A stretch of DNA of 63,398 nt, filler included, from Folioceros fuciformis (taxonomy: Eukaryota), in NCBI GenBank assembly GCA_049999805.1. It is 11 parts of 11 records of this genome, joined end to end, with 100 filler letters (N's around TTAATTAATTAA, not from the genome) between each part and the next. Parts side by side here need not be neighbours in the genome. Positions count along the whole stretch, not along the records: positions 39,879 to 52,786 come from JBNGIO010000249.1; positions 52,887 to 54,688 come from JBNGIO010000251.1; positions 54,789 to 57,769 come from JBNGIO010000252.1; positions 57,870 to 61,849 come from JBNGIO010000253.1; 7 more parts are not named here. One strand, given 5' to 3'. Every line of letters starts with the position of its first letter. Positions within the stretch are counted from its first letter, which is position 1. Below are positions 49,840-61,460 of the stretch, one piece after another. A program made the position numbers and the translations under genes. The notes beneath the pieces are model-generated. The model was not told where the DNA came from. It saw only the letters and a list, made by a program, of their open reading frames with translations, and searched no databases.

Positions 49840-51145
49840 TCAACTATCCTCGACCTGGGAGTGGAACACAAAACTGGGGAAGGATGTTGTTATGTCCCTG
49901 CAAGAGCGACACCGCAAGGTTAGGACTTCATGGGCATGCAACATCCATCTCATGACGCCAAACGGCAAGCCTAGGTCAGGGCTGCAGCGGTGCACTTACT
50001 TCAGATACGGAAGGTACATGTTCTTCAGCAGCTGGGGGTATTTTTTGACAAGATTTTGCCACTCTTCTTTGTCAATTTTGCCGTCGTGTTTCGTGTCGGC
50101 TTCTTCGAATGTCTGAGGCCAGCAATGGAACCCCCTGTGAGTTGTCTAGATCGTAAATGCGTACAGAGATTCTCACAACTCGGTGCAGACCACATGTGTA
50201 TGGAGTTCCTACCTTATCCAGGATATCCTCAATAACGTCGTCTGTCAAGTTCACACCAGACTCTGCCAGTGTCGCCACAACCATCCTCTTAACCTGCAAC
50301 GGAAGGAGTAAACGTGTAGAGAGATTCTTGTCGTACACTAAAGCAGCCTTGGACTCTGACATCCCTACTTGTAACATACCTCGTCCCGCTCGATGTAGCC
50401 GTGGTGCTTTAGGTCGTACAATCGGAAGGCAACTGTACAGGCCAGGAAGGGGATCCATTGGACAAAGCAGATGCACCAGAACAAAGGGAAGTGCTGTTAT
50501 CTAGCAGCTAGCCACTCACAGTCTATCTTGTCTTCCACTGCAGCGGACGGGTGGAATACTGAGAGAGCTCGAGCAAACTCTTCAAACCCTAAAAGGCCAG
50601 TGTGCTTGGTATCGAAAAGAGCGAAAACCTGCACGCACCGTCATAAGGCAAACGACGTCACGCTCTTTCTGAGAGCTATCCAGCAACACAATGCAGCCGC
50701 AGCTCACCCGATCTGCAAATATGCTTTCCTTCTGCTTCTTGAAGAGGGCAAGTTGGAACTCCTCCTGCAACCCGAAAGCAACAACTCGAAATTACAGCCT
50801 CTCAGCCGACAAGGAGTTGACATGAAGGCGCGTACAGTGAAATTGCAGCAGCAATGGTTCTCACCTTCTGAATCAGGCCATCGTCTACGACAGTACTACT
50901 GATCTTCTTGAAGAGCTCATACAACGCCTCAATCTCACTCACGGTAACTGCACATCACCAGCACCGGCCTCCCGCGCCCCTCAGATTGGAGAAGTCAACA
51001 ACTCAACGCACGCAGCAAATGATCCACATCCGCTGCCTAAGCTAATCTGGAGTCGCAACAACTCACAAGAAGTCTGGCGTGCAAGCTCCTGAGGATCGTA
51101 CGGCCTCGCTGACGGCGAAGCCTGCTTTGAGCTGAAACACCCCAT
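49840..51145 (-). CDS. CBL: Calcineurin B-like calcium sensor (CBL), 8 exons
   Basis: N-terminal MGC lipidation motif; [91 protein letters not shown]...[32 protein letters not shown] (FPSF motif). Confidence 0.94.
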
Positions 51146-52886
51146 GAGATGTCCAAGAACATGGTAACTGCACAGAGTTGCAACGTGCTCCAAACACCAC
51201 ATCATATTTCAGGGCGTCACTCCGTCCCCCACCTGCGTCAATCGGAGCGATAGCTTGGCAATCAGGCGAGCTAGCGTGCATGAGCAAGCGCAAACACGAG
51301 TGCTTGATTACGCCCGGTCTGAACCCGCTCATGTTCTCAGCAGCCAGCGGATCCGCCAGACATACACAAAGCCCGCCCCACACGCACACGCACACTCACA
51401 CACCAGCTCCCAGCTCGCAAACACACAAAGGGCTTCCGAACGACAGCCTAGGTTTTTTTACCCTCCCAATACCGCGGCCACTGAACAGACAAATCCGAAT
51501 CCTCCCAAAAAAAGACTGTACACTGCCAACTGCAACTACCTACGACTCTTCCTTCTTCTCTCTCCCAAGACGCCTCACCGCATGCCATCGCACCGAGCCT
51601 AAGCCACATACATCGACTCGCCCGGCGCCGGCTGCATCTACCTACGTGCCACTCCGCCTCCCGAGCCCCGGCCTGAACACGGTGCATTCCAGCTCGCCTC
51701 CCGATCACGCGCACACGATCGCGCATCACTCCCGGATGCTTCAATCCACGCCCGAGGCCGGGGTTCTTTGATGGAATTCAGGCAGGCCGAGCGGCGAGAT
51801 AGTCCGGGACGGGGAAGAGGGGACGGCATTGCAGACAGCGAAATATGACAGGGAAGCGTGCAACAGAGGGAAGGACCAGGGACGCACCGCCACTACAAGC
51901 GGCCGCAGTCGCGTCGCCATAGCACCCGGAGGAGGCTACCTTGCCGACCGTGGCGCCCCTGGTCGGCTGATTGGCTGGCAGAGACGCAGCCGCGCAGGGT
52001 TAAGCTCGAGACCGTGACTAGAAGGAAGGAAGGTCTCTCTCTTGGGCCACCCGCAAGCTCCCCGTGCAGTAGATAATGCAACGCACACCAGACGTCAGGG
52101 GCCGGCGCCATCCCGTGGAGGGTCTAGTGCAGGAAACGGCCCGGACCCGGCCCGCGGTCCCGGCCAGGCGCGCCTGCTGCTGCTCCCTCCACTGGGTTAT
52201 TGCCTTGTGCACTCGTTGGCACAGACGGCAGAGTCGCGGGCCGAGTCTGGTCGACCCACACCCGCGGCGTGGTCCCATTCATGACCCACCGCCCACGTGG
52301 TGGTCGCCATCCTTGCACACACCACCCCTTTCTGTATGAACATGTGTACCTTGTATTGCCCGCCCCGGCTTCCATTACACAGTAATGTAGATGAGCACCT
52401 AATGAGCATCTCCTCTTCTGCATCTCTTCCTCGCGGGAGGAGCTGGGATTGGTGCAGGAGCAGGAGGCCAAATTTGACGACATGGGTCCAGGCGGCTGGG
52501 CCGGCAGATGCAGTGCATGCGACGGGGTCAGAGCTGACTGTTGGAAGTGCCTGCGAAAGAGGAGCGTGTTGGAATTGGATTTGGGATCGGAATTGTTGCG
52601 GGGGACGGGTTGCGTGTACCAACCCGACGACGACATGTGCAAGTTTTTCGCCCGGCGGGAGCATGTTGGGGATGTGAGAAAGGATGCCGGGTATGAGTGA
52701 AGCGTGTAAAATGAAATGCAGGTGCCGGATGCGGCGATGCTGCGGCTGCCGGGCTCGTCGTGCATGGTCTGCTGCGTTGCTGCGGGNNNNNNNNNNNNNN
52801 NNNNNNNNNNNNNNNNNNNNNNNNNNNNNNTTAATTAATTAANNNNNNNNNNNNNNNNNNNNNNNNNNNNNNNNNNNNNNNNNNNN

Positions 52887-53102
52887 ATAGGCTGACGAGA
52901 GGGTGAGGTCATTGCAATAGGCTGACGAGAGGGTGAGGTCATTGCAATAGGCTGACGAGAGGGTGAGGTCATTGCAATAGGCTGACGAGAGGGTGAGGTC
53001 ATTGCAATAGGCTGACGAGAGGGTGAGGTCATTGCAATAGGCTGACGAGAGGGTGAGGTCATTGCAATAGGCTGACGAGAGGGTGAGGTCATTGCAATAG
53101 GC
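52887..53102 (+). repeat. Perfect 30-bp tandem array (at least 7 copies, truncated by the contig end)
   Basis: Seven identical gctgacgagagggtgaggtcattgcaatag units at 52891-53100. Confidence 0.97.
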
Positions 53103-53559
53103 AGTAGAGGAGAGACTGAAGAGTGAACTCAGGCGAAGGGATAAAAACAGCTCGACTCTGGCTTCGAGCAAGGGGGTTACGTGGCATGGACAAGGGTCGG
53201 AGGCGTAGGTTGCCAAAAGAATGTGTACAGGCGTACACATTCAATCACATTCAATCAGTACAGACGTGTTGCTAGTGGGTGGGAAGCCCAATGATGGTTA
53301 TGTTGATAGGAAGGGTGGGGTGTTATCTCCAGTGCCACGCTTGCAAGCGTGGCAAGGTGCTCATTCAGGGGCACTAGATGAGTAGCTTTGCCCGGTCATG
53401 GGTCTTTGCCAGCAGAATGGGGGGAGGGACCTGGAGATGGAGGTCTCTGAAGGGTGCAGGATGATCTGAGGGGAAGGAATGATCTGATCCGAGAGAGGAG
53501 TGGAGGGTGTTGAGAAGCAAACTTGATTTTTGCTAGTTGTGAGAGGCTGATAATTTTGG

Positions 53560-53632
53560 ATAGAGGGAAACCAATGGTGTCCAATAGAGGGAAACCAATG
53601 GTGTCCAATAGAGGGAAACCAATGGTGTCCAA
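53560..53632 (+). repeat. 24-bp tandem repeat, 3 copies
   Basis: Unit atagagggaaaccaatggtgtcca. Confidence 0.9.
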
Positions 53633-53647
53633 GGGGGTAACAGGCAA

Positions 53648-53880
53648 TTAGGTGCAGGGTAGGTTAGAGTTAGGCTTGGTTTAGGTTGGGGTCAAAACTA
53701 GGTCTGACTATGTTTAGGTCTGATTAGGTTAGGTTAGACTTAGGACTAGGTTTAGACCTGATTAGGGTTAGGTCAAACTTGGTTTAGGTTTAGGTCAGAA
53801 CTGGGTGTAGGTTAGAGTTAAGTGCGGCTTAGGTTAGAGAGAGACTGTTAGGTGGTTGATTGAGGTTAACCCTAGTAGGG
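53648..53880 (+). repeat. Degenerate TTAGG/TTTAGG-rich telomere-like tract
   Basis: Dense, strand-biased ttaggt/ttaggg/tttagg/ttagag variants. Confidence 0.7.
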
Positions 53881-54788
53881 AGAGATGGAGGGTTGGGTGA
53901 AGGCAGTATAAGAGGTCAGGCCACTCATTGAGGGGGGGAGGTTTTTTTGGTGAGAGCTCCCTTGACCTTGTGTGCAGGCTACTGGGTTAGAGGGTGAACC
54001 CAGTGTGCAGATGTGCCTCGGTCTTGATTCCCCATGCCACTAAGGGAACGTGGTGGCTCCCAAAATCGCCGAGATCTGGGTGGCCAGATCCGCAAGGGCT
54101 GACCTTTCTTGCATGCTGGTTGGGTGGTTGGGGTACCATAATGTGCCTCAGGGGTTTCCAAGGCGACAGATTGCAGGGCTGTGAGCCGAGGGGCCATCCA
54201 GCCTAGGTCTGCACATCCTGCCTCAAGGACTGCAAGTGAGGGGCTGTTGTGTTTCAAAATCCAGGAGTGAGACGTGACAGTGAAGGATTGAAGAGTTGGA
54301 GTGTTGGAGAAGTGCTGGAGTAGAGAGTTGTTGTGCTGAGCTGAGGAGCTTAGGTGGTGAAGTTCTCAATCAGCTGCTGAGGTCGCTGGCATTTAGGGCT
54401 GAGAGTGGAGGTTGAGGCCAAGGCTGGAACCTCCTCTCAACTGTTGAGGTGGCTAATACCCGGAGCTAGGAGAGGGAGTTGAAGATGATGCTGAGTCCTC
54501 ATTCGACTGGGGGTTGTAGTTGGTGTTGAAGACAGGATTCTGATCTTTTTGCTGTAGTGTGGTTAGGTCTAGGAGCCGGCTGATAGGATTAGATGACGGC
54601 AGAGTGGGGGAAATTGTAGGAAACCTTGACGCTGGTTCACTCCTGTTAGTATAGGCGTGTCTAACCCTAACATAGGTTAGACATACAGNNNNNNNNNNNN
54701 NNNNNNNNNNNNNNNNNNNNNNNNNNNNNNNNTTAATTAATTAANNNNNNNNNNNNNNNNNNNNNNNNNNNNNNNNNNNNNNNNNNNN

Positions 54789-55071
54789 CGTTCCCGACTC
54801 AGCAAGAGTCGTAGAGTAGGGTCCGCAATAGCTAGGCTAACTAGGGGTAGGGGTAGGGAGCTGGTGGGTCGTAGAAGCGGTAGTGGATAAGGCCTGACTT
54901 AGGTAAGAGTCAATAGTAGAAGAAACCTATGTTACTTGGCACAAATCATTCCCTTGGGAGCGAATCCCATAGCTACAATGACATAGAGGGATTGTGTTGG
55001 CCTCGCGGTGTCCTCGAACACAACATTTTCCTCCATAGTGCCCTACGACCGAAGGGGGCAAATGTGTTACA
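54789..55071 (+). mobile_element. LTR-like terminal fragment ending ...TGTGTTACA
   Basis: Homologous (reverse complement) to 39135-39267 and shares a core motif with 23554-23611. Confidence 0.55.
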
Positions 55072-57353
55072 TCCAAAAGTTTGGTCCGTATACCGCCACG
55101 CAAAACTTTGTGTAAAAGCCAGTGTGACAGTATCGGTATTCCATAGTGAACCAAGCAAGAAACTAAAAGAATCTTCTTGAGGTTTCTACTTTCTTTCTTC
55201 ACCATTCACAATGTTTCTACATGAACCGGACAAATCACAATGTTTTTGCATGCACCGCCATTCTTTCACACTTCACCCTACACCTCAGCGGGCGCGTACG
55301 GGTATTGGTTTGCACTTGCTCAGTGGAGGAATGAGATTGCTTGGCAGCTGGTGTTCCTAGTTAAACAGGGAGGCAAGAGATGCACGGGGTATTTGAGGAT
55401 GGTGAGGTAGTAGCATTCAAGGTTGAAGGCACCCTAGACCCTTGCAAGTAGAGCGGAACTTGCAAATGGCGGTGGCAAGATGCGGTGCTCTTGTATGTAG
55501 ACCTTGCACATTGTGTCGCACTTGCAAATGGACCAATAGAGGGAGTTGACCTTATAGATTGTCCCTGTGGACTGTAGTGACCATGGGAATTATCACTGCA
55601 AAGTGGGTGGCACACTACGTTGCAGATGGCATATGTAGAGTGCAGTGGGGATTGAATTGTTGCAAGCGGTTGGATGAGTAGTGTACAGGTAGGTGGTGAC
55701 TGTAATTATAGATGCCGTTACAAATGGCAAGTGTAGTGTGTGTCGCAGCTTGCATCGTGTAGCTGTAAGTTAGAGGTGGAAGTTGAATGTGATGATTGCA
55801 AATGCAGGTTGTCTTGAAGCGTGTGGCAGTGGTTTACGTTGCTGTATGCATTGCATATTCGATGTTGGACACAGCCTTGTCGGTGTAGGTTGAGGATTTC
55901 CTAGGCAGAGGGCTTGTAGATCCCTTGGACACTATGTTGTAGATGAAAGGATGCAAAAAACCTGAGAAGCCCTTGGAAAATGCCTATACCCCTCAAAAGC
56001 TTGGAATAAAGACTGTCTGAACCCATTACCCCTACCCTATGGTTCGTTGCCCCCCTACATACGGTATTCCATCACGATCGTTGTGTTGCGTGGAGGGAGA
56101 AAGACATGGCAAGTGATGAGCCTTCCCAGAAGGGAAAATGGCTTGGGTTCGGGTGAAGGAGGAGATGGAGAGCATGCTGCCTTCAATGTGATGCCCTTCG
56201 CATGATGCCATGGAACCCTAAATCCCTTAAGGAGATGTGTAAAGGAAGCATGCGATCTCTTGTGTGCGATGGGTGAGAGGGGAAAAAAAAAACTTATGTG
56301 TCGATGATGGCCATATTGGGATGACTGGATCGGGACGCCCCGTAAGCCGCCCACTACCGCAACAGCCAGGCCGACTAGATTAAAAAAATGAGACCGTATA
56401 GTATACGGTGGTGTCCATATCGGTATTTCATAAGATGTCGATGGTCGGGACCGAAAACTACTAGCGCATGCTTGGAGATCCATTCTGACGGATTATGTAT
56501 GCCCACTACAAGCACCCGGGTTTATGAAGCAACAACAAAAACAACTTTATTTATGTCCACTAAGAATGGAAGAACCATCATGGGACAAAGATAGTACAAC
56601 CTAAAAGAGGTTTAAAAACCGAGTACACTTACGTACGTCTGAACTAGAGAAGCAGCACTTGAATGAGGGAAACAGAAAAGAAGGCAAAGACTACAAGGAG
56701 TCCAACAAGGATTGCCGAAGATCAAGAAGCTCAGAGAGACATAGTCCAGAGAGCCTAGGAAGGTGAAAAGAAAAAAATCTGCATGGCGAGAAACCGGCAC
56801 ACTAAAAAAGAAGAGAGTAACGAGACTGAATATCGGCATAGGCAGGACAATAAAAGAGGAAGTGTGATTCAGATTCACTATCCAAGGAGCAAAGCTTGTA
56901 GATCCTTTCGTCTTAGGGAGGGGTAGGCTTGAGCCAACAGTCGGTCTCACTCCAGAGGTAGTGGGAGCTAACACGAAATTGACTTATGAGTGTGCAGAGT
57001 TTAAAGGATAAGGGGAAACTGAGGTAGTGGGGCAGGGTAGAAAATTTACCAGAGGCAGGATTAACTTGGAGCTCATCTTTGTAAAAGCAGAGTCTAGAAG
57101 TGAGAGGGGGGAACGGAAAGAGGGGATCAGGTGAGGCGAAGATATTTTAATTTAAGGGCCTTGCGAATGGAGTGGTTGGGGGATGTGAGAAAGGGAAAGT
57201 TGGGAGGAGGAAGAAGGCCAAGCAGGGAATCGAAAAGGTTCAAACTCGAATCTTCTAAGCTAGTTGGCAGCTTGAGAAAGCTAGTAAAAAGAAGCAATCC
57301 CCTAGGATGGCTTCGTAGGCCGGCAGACTAAAATAGTGGCAACACCGTTACGA

Positions 57354-57472
57354 GAGCTGTTTATATACGCCGTAGAGGACACGCGTTTGCTTGAATGTTA
57401 GCCACCATAATGCGGGAGCTGTTTATATACGCCGTAGAGGACGCGCTTTGCCTGAATGTTGGCCATCATAAT
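57354..57472 (+). repeat. 62-bp tandem duplication
   Basis: gagctgtttatatacgccgtagaggac...tttgc.tgaatgtt.gcca.cataat twice, starting at 57354 and 57416. Confidence 0.85.
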
Positions 57473-60400
57473 CGCAATCTCATGGCTATTACCATTGCAA
57501 TGACTATGTAGAATGGCGACCGAGAGAAAGGCATGCATATGGCATACCAAAGGGGACACGCCCCCTCTCTCTAGGGTTTTTTACAAACACACTGGTTACC
57601 GGTTATGCGTCCCCTTTGGTGCGTACGCGACTTTGAAGGCCAAAACCAAATCGGACAATTGACACATGCACTGAAAAAACTTGTGTGGAGGCCACTTCAA
57701 ACTCCCTTCCCTACCATCCAGCCCCCCCTCCCCCCTTTCCTGCCATCCAGCCCCCCTTCCCCCCTTCCCNNNNNNNNNNNNNNNNNNNNNNNNNNNNNNN
57801 NNNNNNNNNNNNNTTAATTAATTAANNNNNNNNNNNNNNNNNNNNNNNNNNNNNNNNNNNNNNNNNNNNGGCTGGGCGCCAGCCGGCCGGGGCCCAGCTC
57901 ACTCACTTTGGCCCTGGAACTGGACAAACCAGTTTGGGTCTGGGGTCTCCAAATGTTGGAACCCTACCTCCTGCTCGTGGGCGACAGCCGGCACGTGCCA
58001 TGTTGTGTCTTTGGCTTGTAGCACACCGTGGGGACTTCAGCAGATGGCCCTATCTCGAGGTAGTAAGCAAACACCTCTCGATCGAGAATATCTTCCCCAG
58101 AAGCTTGCCCATCATCCTCCGTGTCTGAGTGCCCGAGCATGATCTGAATCGAGCCATCGTCCTCATGTGAAGGTCGAAGTTCGCTCTCTAGCTCGCTTAC
58201 TACCTCCTCTACCACACCTTGGGGCCGTAGGATTGATCTGTGGACTGCTATAGCTCTTCTATGGCCCTACACTGTTTGTGTGACTTCAATGCACAAGCGC
58301 TGGATCTAGGCATTGCCCTGGCTAATACCTTGCAAGAGAGGCGAAGCCATATTACCACTAAAACCTTTCACACCTCACCAAGCCAAACAAAAAATGTCAC
58401 TTACAGTCTTCTCTCGTCTGCGTTGGATGAACATGTCCACAATACATTCGGGCTGGCACTTGTGTATGATCATGTCATTAAAGGCAACACGAAATAGCTT
58501 GTACCTCTCGACCTTTGTATCTAGTTCATTGAATTAGAAAGGCTTCGTACAGCATAGAAGGCAACCCTCCAGATCTCTTGCTGCATTCATCTCCAAATTG
58601 GCCTAAATCAACCAGCCTGCTCTAGCTCACTGGGTTGGATAGGCACCTTTAATCCCCATGACAAAAAGCTTGTACAGGGGAGTCCATAATGTACCATCAT
58701 CCTTCAGTTCCTCCTCCTGCACAAGCAACCAATTTTTGTCCACCAAGTCTGTCACCTACATTCGCACCAACAGACGTTTCAACACCATGGTGTCGTCATA
58801 GTTGTAAGGAGATTGGATAGGAGGTGGAGCTCTTTGCTGTTGGTTTGGCTGCTCCCCATCGCCACTCGATTCCTTCCCCCGATTGTTGCTTACGTGTCCT
58901 GACTTGTGATTTTGTGACCGAGAAGGATTCAGCCCTTCAGCAGGTGCAGGAGGAACTTGTGTTTCCAGCAATGTGATATGCGTCCTGCTTCCTCCTTGCC
59001 TCGAAGCATCTGCACTTTTCTCTTGTGCTGCAGGGCCCTGCGATGATTGCTTCTTCCCTCGGGCTTGGGATTTCTTCAAGGGTGGAGCTTCAAGTTGTGG
59101 ATCAGCCATTCTTCCTTCAATGTTCTTCTTCTACCGACGCTGCGTTGCCATGCCGAGACCACGAAATGCGCCTTCTGCGGATGCGAGTAGCATTGAACCT
59201 GGGCAACAATGAGACGAAGACAAAAGGAGGTTGAAGTCTTCCATAGTCGCAAGTTCAAAGCCAGTGATGGGCGCAAGTAGGTAGGCTTCATTGGTGAAGG
59301 CCGCATGTTGCTCCTCTCCCGCTCGCTCCACTTATGCTTCCCACTGACCGCAAACCTGTTCACTGAAAAGAGTGACACATAGGTTCTCGGGATGCAAAAC
59401 AACCTAATTGTCCACGGAATAGAACCCGTCTTCTCGTCTCTTAATAAGAAATAAAGTTACTATTCAAAGCAACCTCCCCATATCTTAGCTATATCGCGGC
59501 CATTAATGAGTAAGTCACCCAAAACCACTAGTTGAGTCAATGATGGCGTTGAGGTGACACATGCATACAGACTCTTAGAGGCATTGAGTGCAAGGGCAGA
59601 AGGCCCATGAGGCAGCCATTTCCAAAAGCCATTTGTCTCCAGCACTGATTCTTCTGATCAAGAGGAGTCGACACCGTTACTTGGGGAAGCAGGGAGTTCC
59701 TTTGTGCGGCGAAGATACAGAGTCGCATTGAGGATAGGCACGCTGTTCACACTGTGGAAGGTGAAGACAATGCTCCAAGCCCTGCACACTCCAATGGAAG
59801 AGGAGGTACTTGCATTGGTCAACCGCTGGACGATTCCATCGAATTGCGGATAGTGCCCTCGTGTTTACATGTATTCCTATCATCTTTGGTTCTTGTACGT
59901 GAAGGTTGGGGAAGTGTGTTGTGAAATGTCACCTATCGAGTCTGGTGAATACTTGGTTCACCTGCAGGATGAAAGAGATGCAGCCAGCTCTCAGTACCGA
60001 AGGCGTGCGGGAATGGATGAAAGAACGCAAAGACTTGAGCAGTTAAATGCGATAGCAGCCACACAAAACAGCCTAGGTATAAGTCCTGGCAAAGCATTCG
60101 CAACCTACGCTTGCCTACCACCATCTTCAACCCCAAGTGCAGTCACATCAGCAATCCTTCGTCTCGATATTCCTATTCTTGCCACCATGTGTGCCATTGA
60201 AGAAGGTACCTTTGTTCGTAGTAGGTCACCGACATCATGGACGTGGGTGGCGTGCAAGTGGGGTGCCATCGGCTCCAATTCCCGCTGTGATCCCTGCAAC
60301 GCCACGGAATATCAACTTATATTCTGTGATTGCAAATAGCCCGAGCTTGAAACACAGGCGAACACCTACCCATATATCGCAACCTGCAAAGAGATGTGCG

Positions 60401-61289
60401 GATGCCTCAGTTGCAGCACGAAGAGGTCTCTTTGCAGATGGCAGCTAGCGATACCTAGGAAGAAAGCGTTCCACTTCAGCTTGCCCAGTGAGCCATTTGC
60501 TTTCCTATGCAATGTGGCAGCACACGCACACAAGTGCTGGAACTTTGCGTCCAAGTTCAACTTGTTCACCTTTCTGCAGAGCATTCACAGTGACAACCAC
60601 ATATCATGATATGCATGACTGTAGGCTACACTAGCATCGCCTGCAGCAGATTTTTGGTCATCAAGTACCCACTTTAGACATGTTTTATTCATCCCATAAA
60701 GTTCGCTTGTGGCAAGCACTAAAAGTGTTTTCTGCATCACCATTGGGATTTAGTTTTTAGATTTTCTTAATGGGTTTCACTCTGTATAGAAAGGATTGAG
60801 AGGAATTTGAAACCAGCATTAATTTTTTTATCTTGGAAAGTAAGATTTAAAGTAAGTATTATTATTTTTAATTCTGGAAAGATAGATTTGAAACCAACAT
60901 TATTCTTCTAGTCTTCTTCGAGTACTATTGTGAGTTCTCTTCCTTCCATCTTGGTTCTTTTGTTTTCTTTTTAATTTTTTTTTATGTGATCTCTTAAATT
61001 TTTTGGGTATGATCCCTTAGCTGTTTGTTTGGATTGGAAGGGGCTAGTACCCTTTTTAGCTTTTGGCCCTGTTGGGGTTGTTCCTCCCATCTTTGGAGTG
61101 GATGGACTTTCCATCACTTTTTCAATAATAGAAAATAATGTTTTATTTTACTATATTTTGTTTTGTCTTCAAGTGCTTTGAACATATGCCAATATAGCTT
61201 ATTTAAAACTCTCTCTATCTCATGTCAATGAATGAGATATATATGTCAACTTCAATCAACCTTCTACCGACTTACAAGTCCATCAGTGT

Positions 61290-61460
61290 TTGCTTGGCTC
61301 TCTTGCATGATCCACAACAACAATTTCACCACGAAGAGGACTCACAGCCATAACAACAATATCAATAACATGAAGTTGATCAAGAACAACTAATGCACCA
61401 AGGAAGTTTTCATTTTCAATTTCAACAATTTCATGTCACTGAATAAGATACACAAGTTTC
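61290..61460 (+). mobile_element. Possible hAT transposase C-terminal (dimerisation domain) remnant
   Basis: Frameshifted fragments STTTISPRRGLTA / NMKLIKNN*CT...FNNFMSL weakly resemble the hAT pattern STAxxERxFSxMKLIKxxLR...LNxLMxI, in AT-rich context. Confidence 0.22.

Larger units (their letters stand above)
53321..54643 (+). mobile_element. Probable 3' LTR of a Gypsy-like retrotransposon, preceded by a PPT
   Basis: Purine-rich AGGAAGGGTGGGG (about 53308-53320) directly followed by TGTTAT; the distal part is homologous to 23606-24059. No pol domains are visible, so the superfamily is inferred. Confidence 0.5.

Noticed and set aside
52887..53102. CRISPR array, or a repeat protein (MTSPSRQPIA)n
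   Set aside because: The units are contiguous with no unique spacers, there are no cas genes and the context is eukaryotic. The ORFs arise only because a 30-bp unit lacks stops in some frames.
59869..60609. Cys-rich ORF fragments as a CXC-type transposase or integrase domain
   Set aside because: Cys spacing does not convincingly match a family I can name, and the frames are broken.
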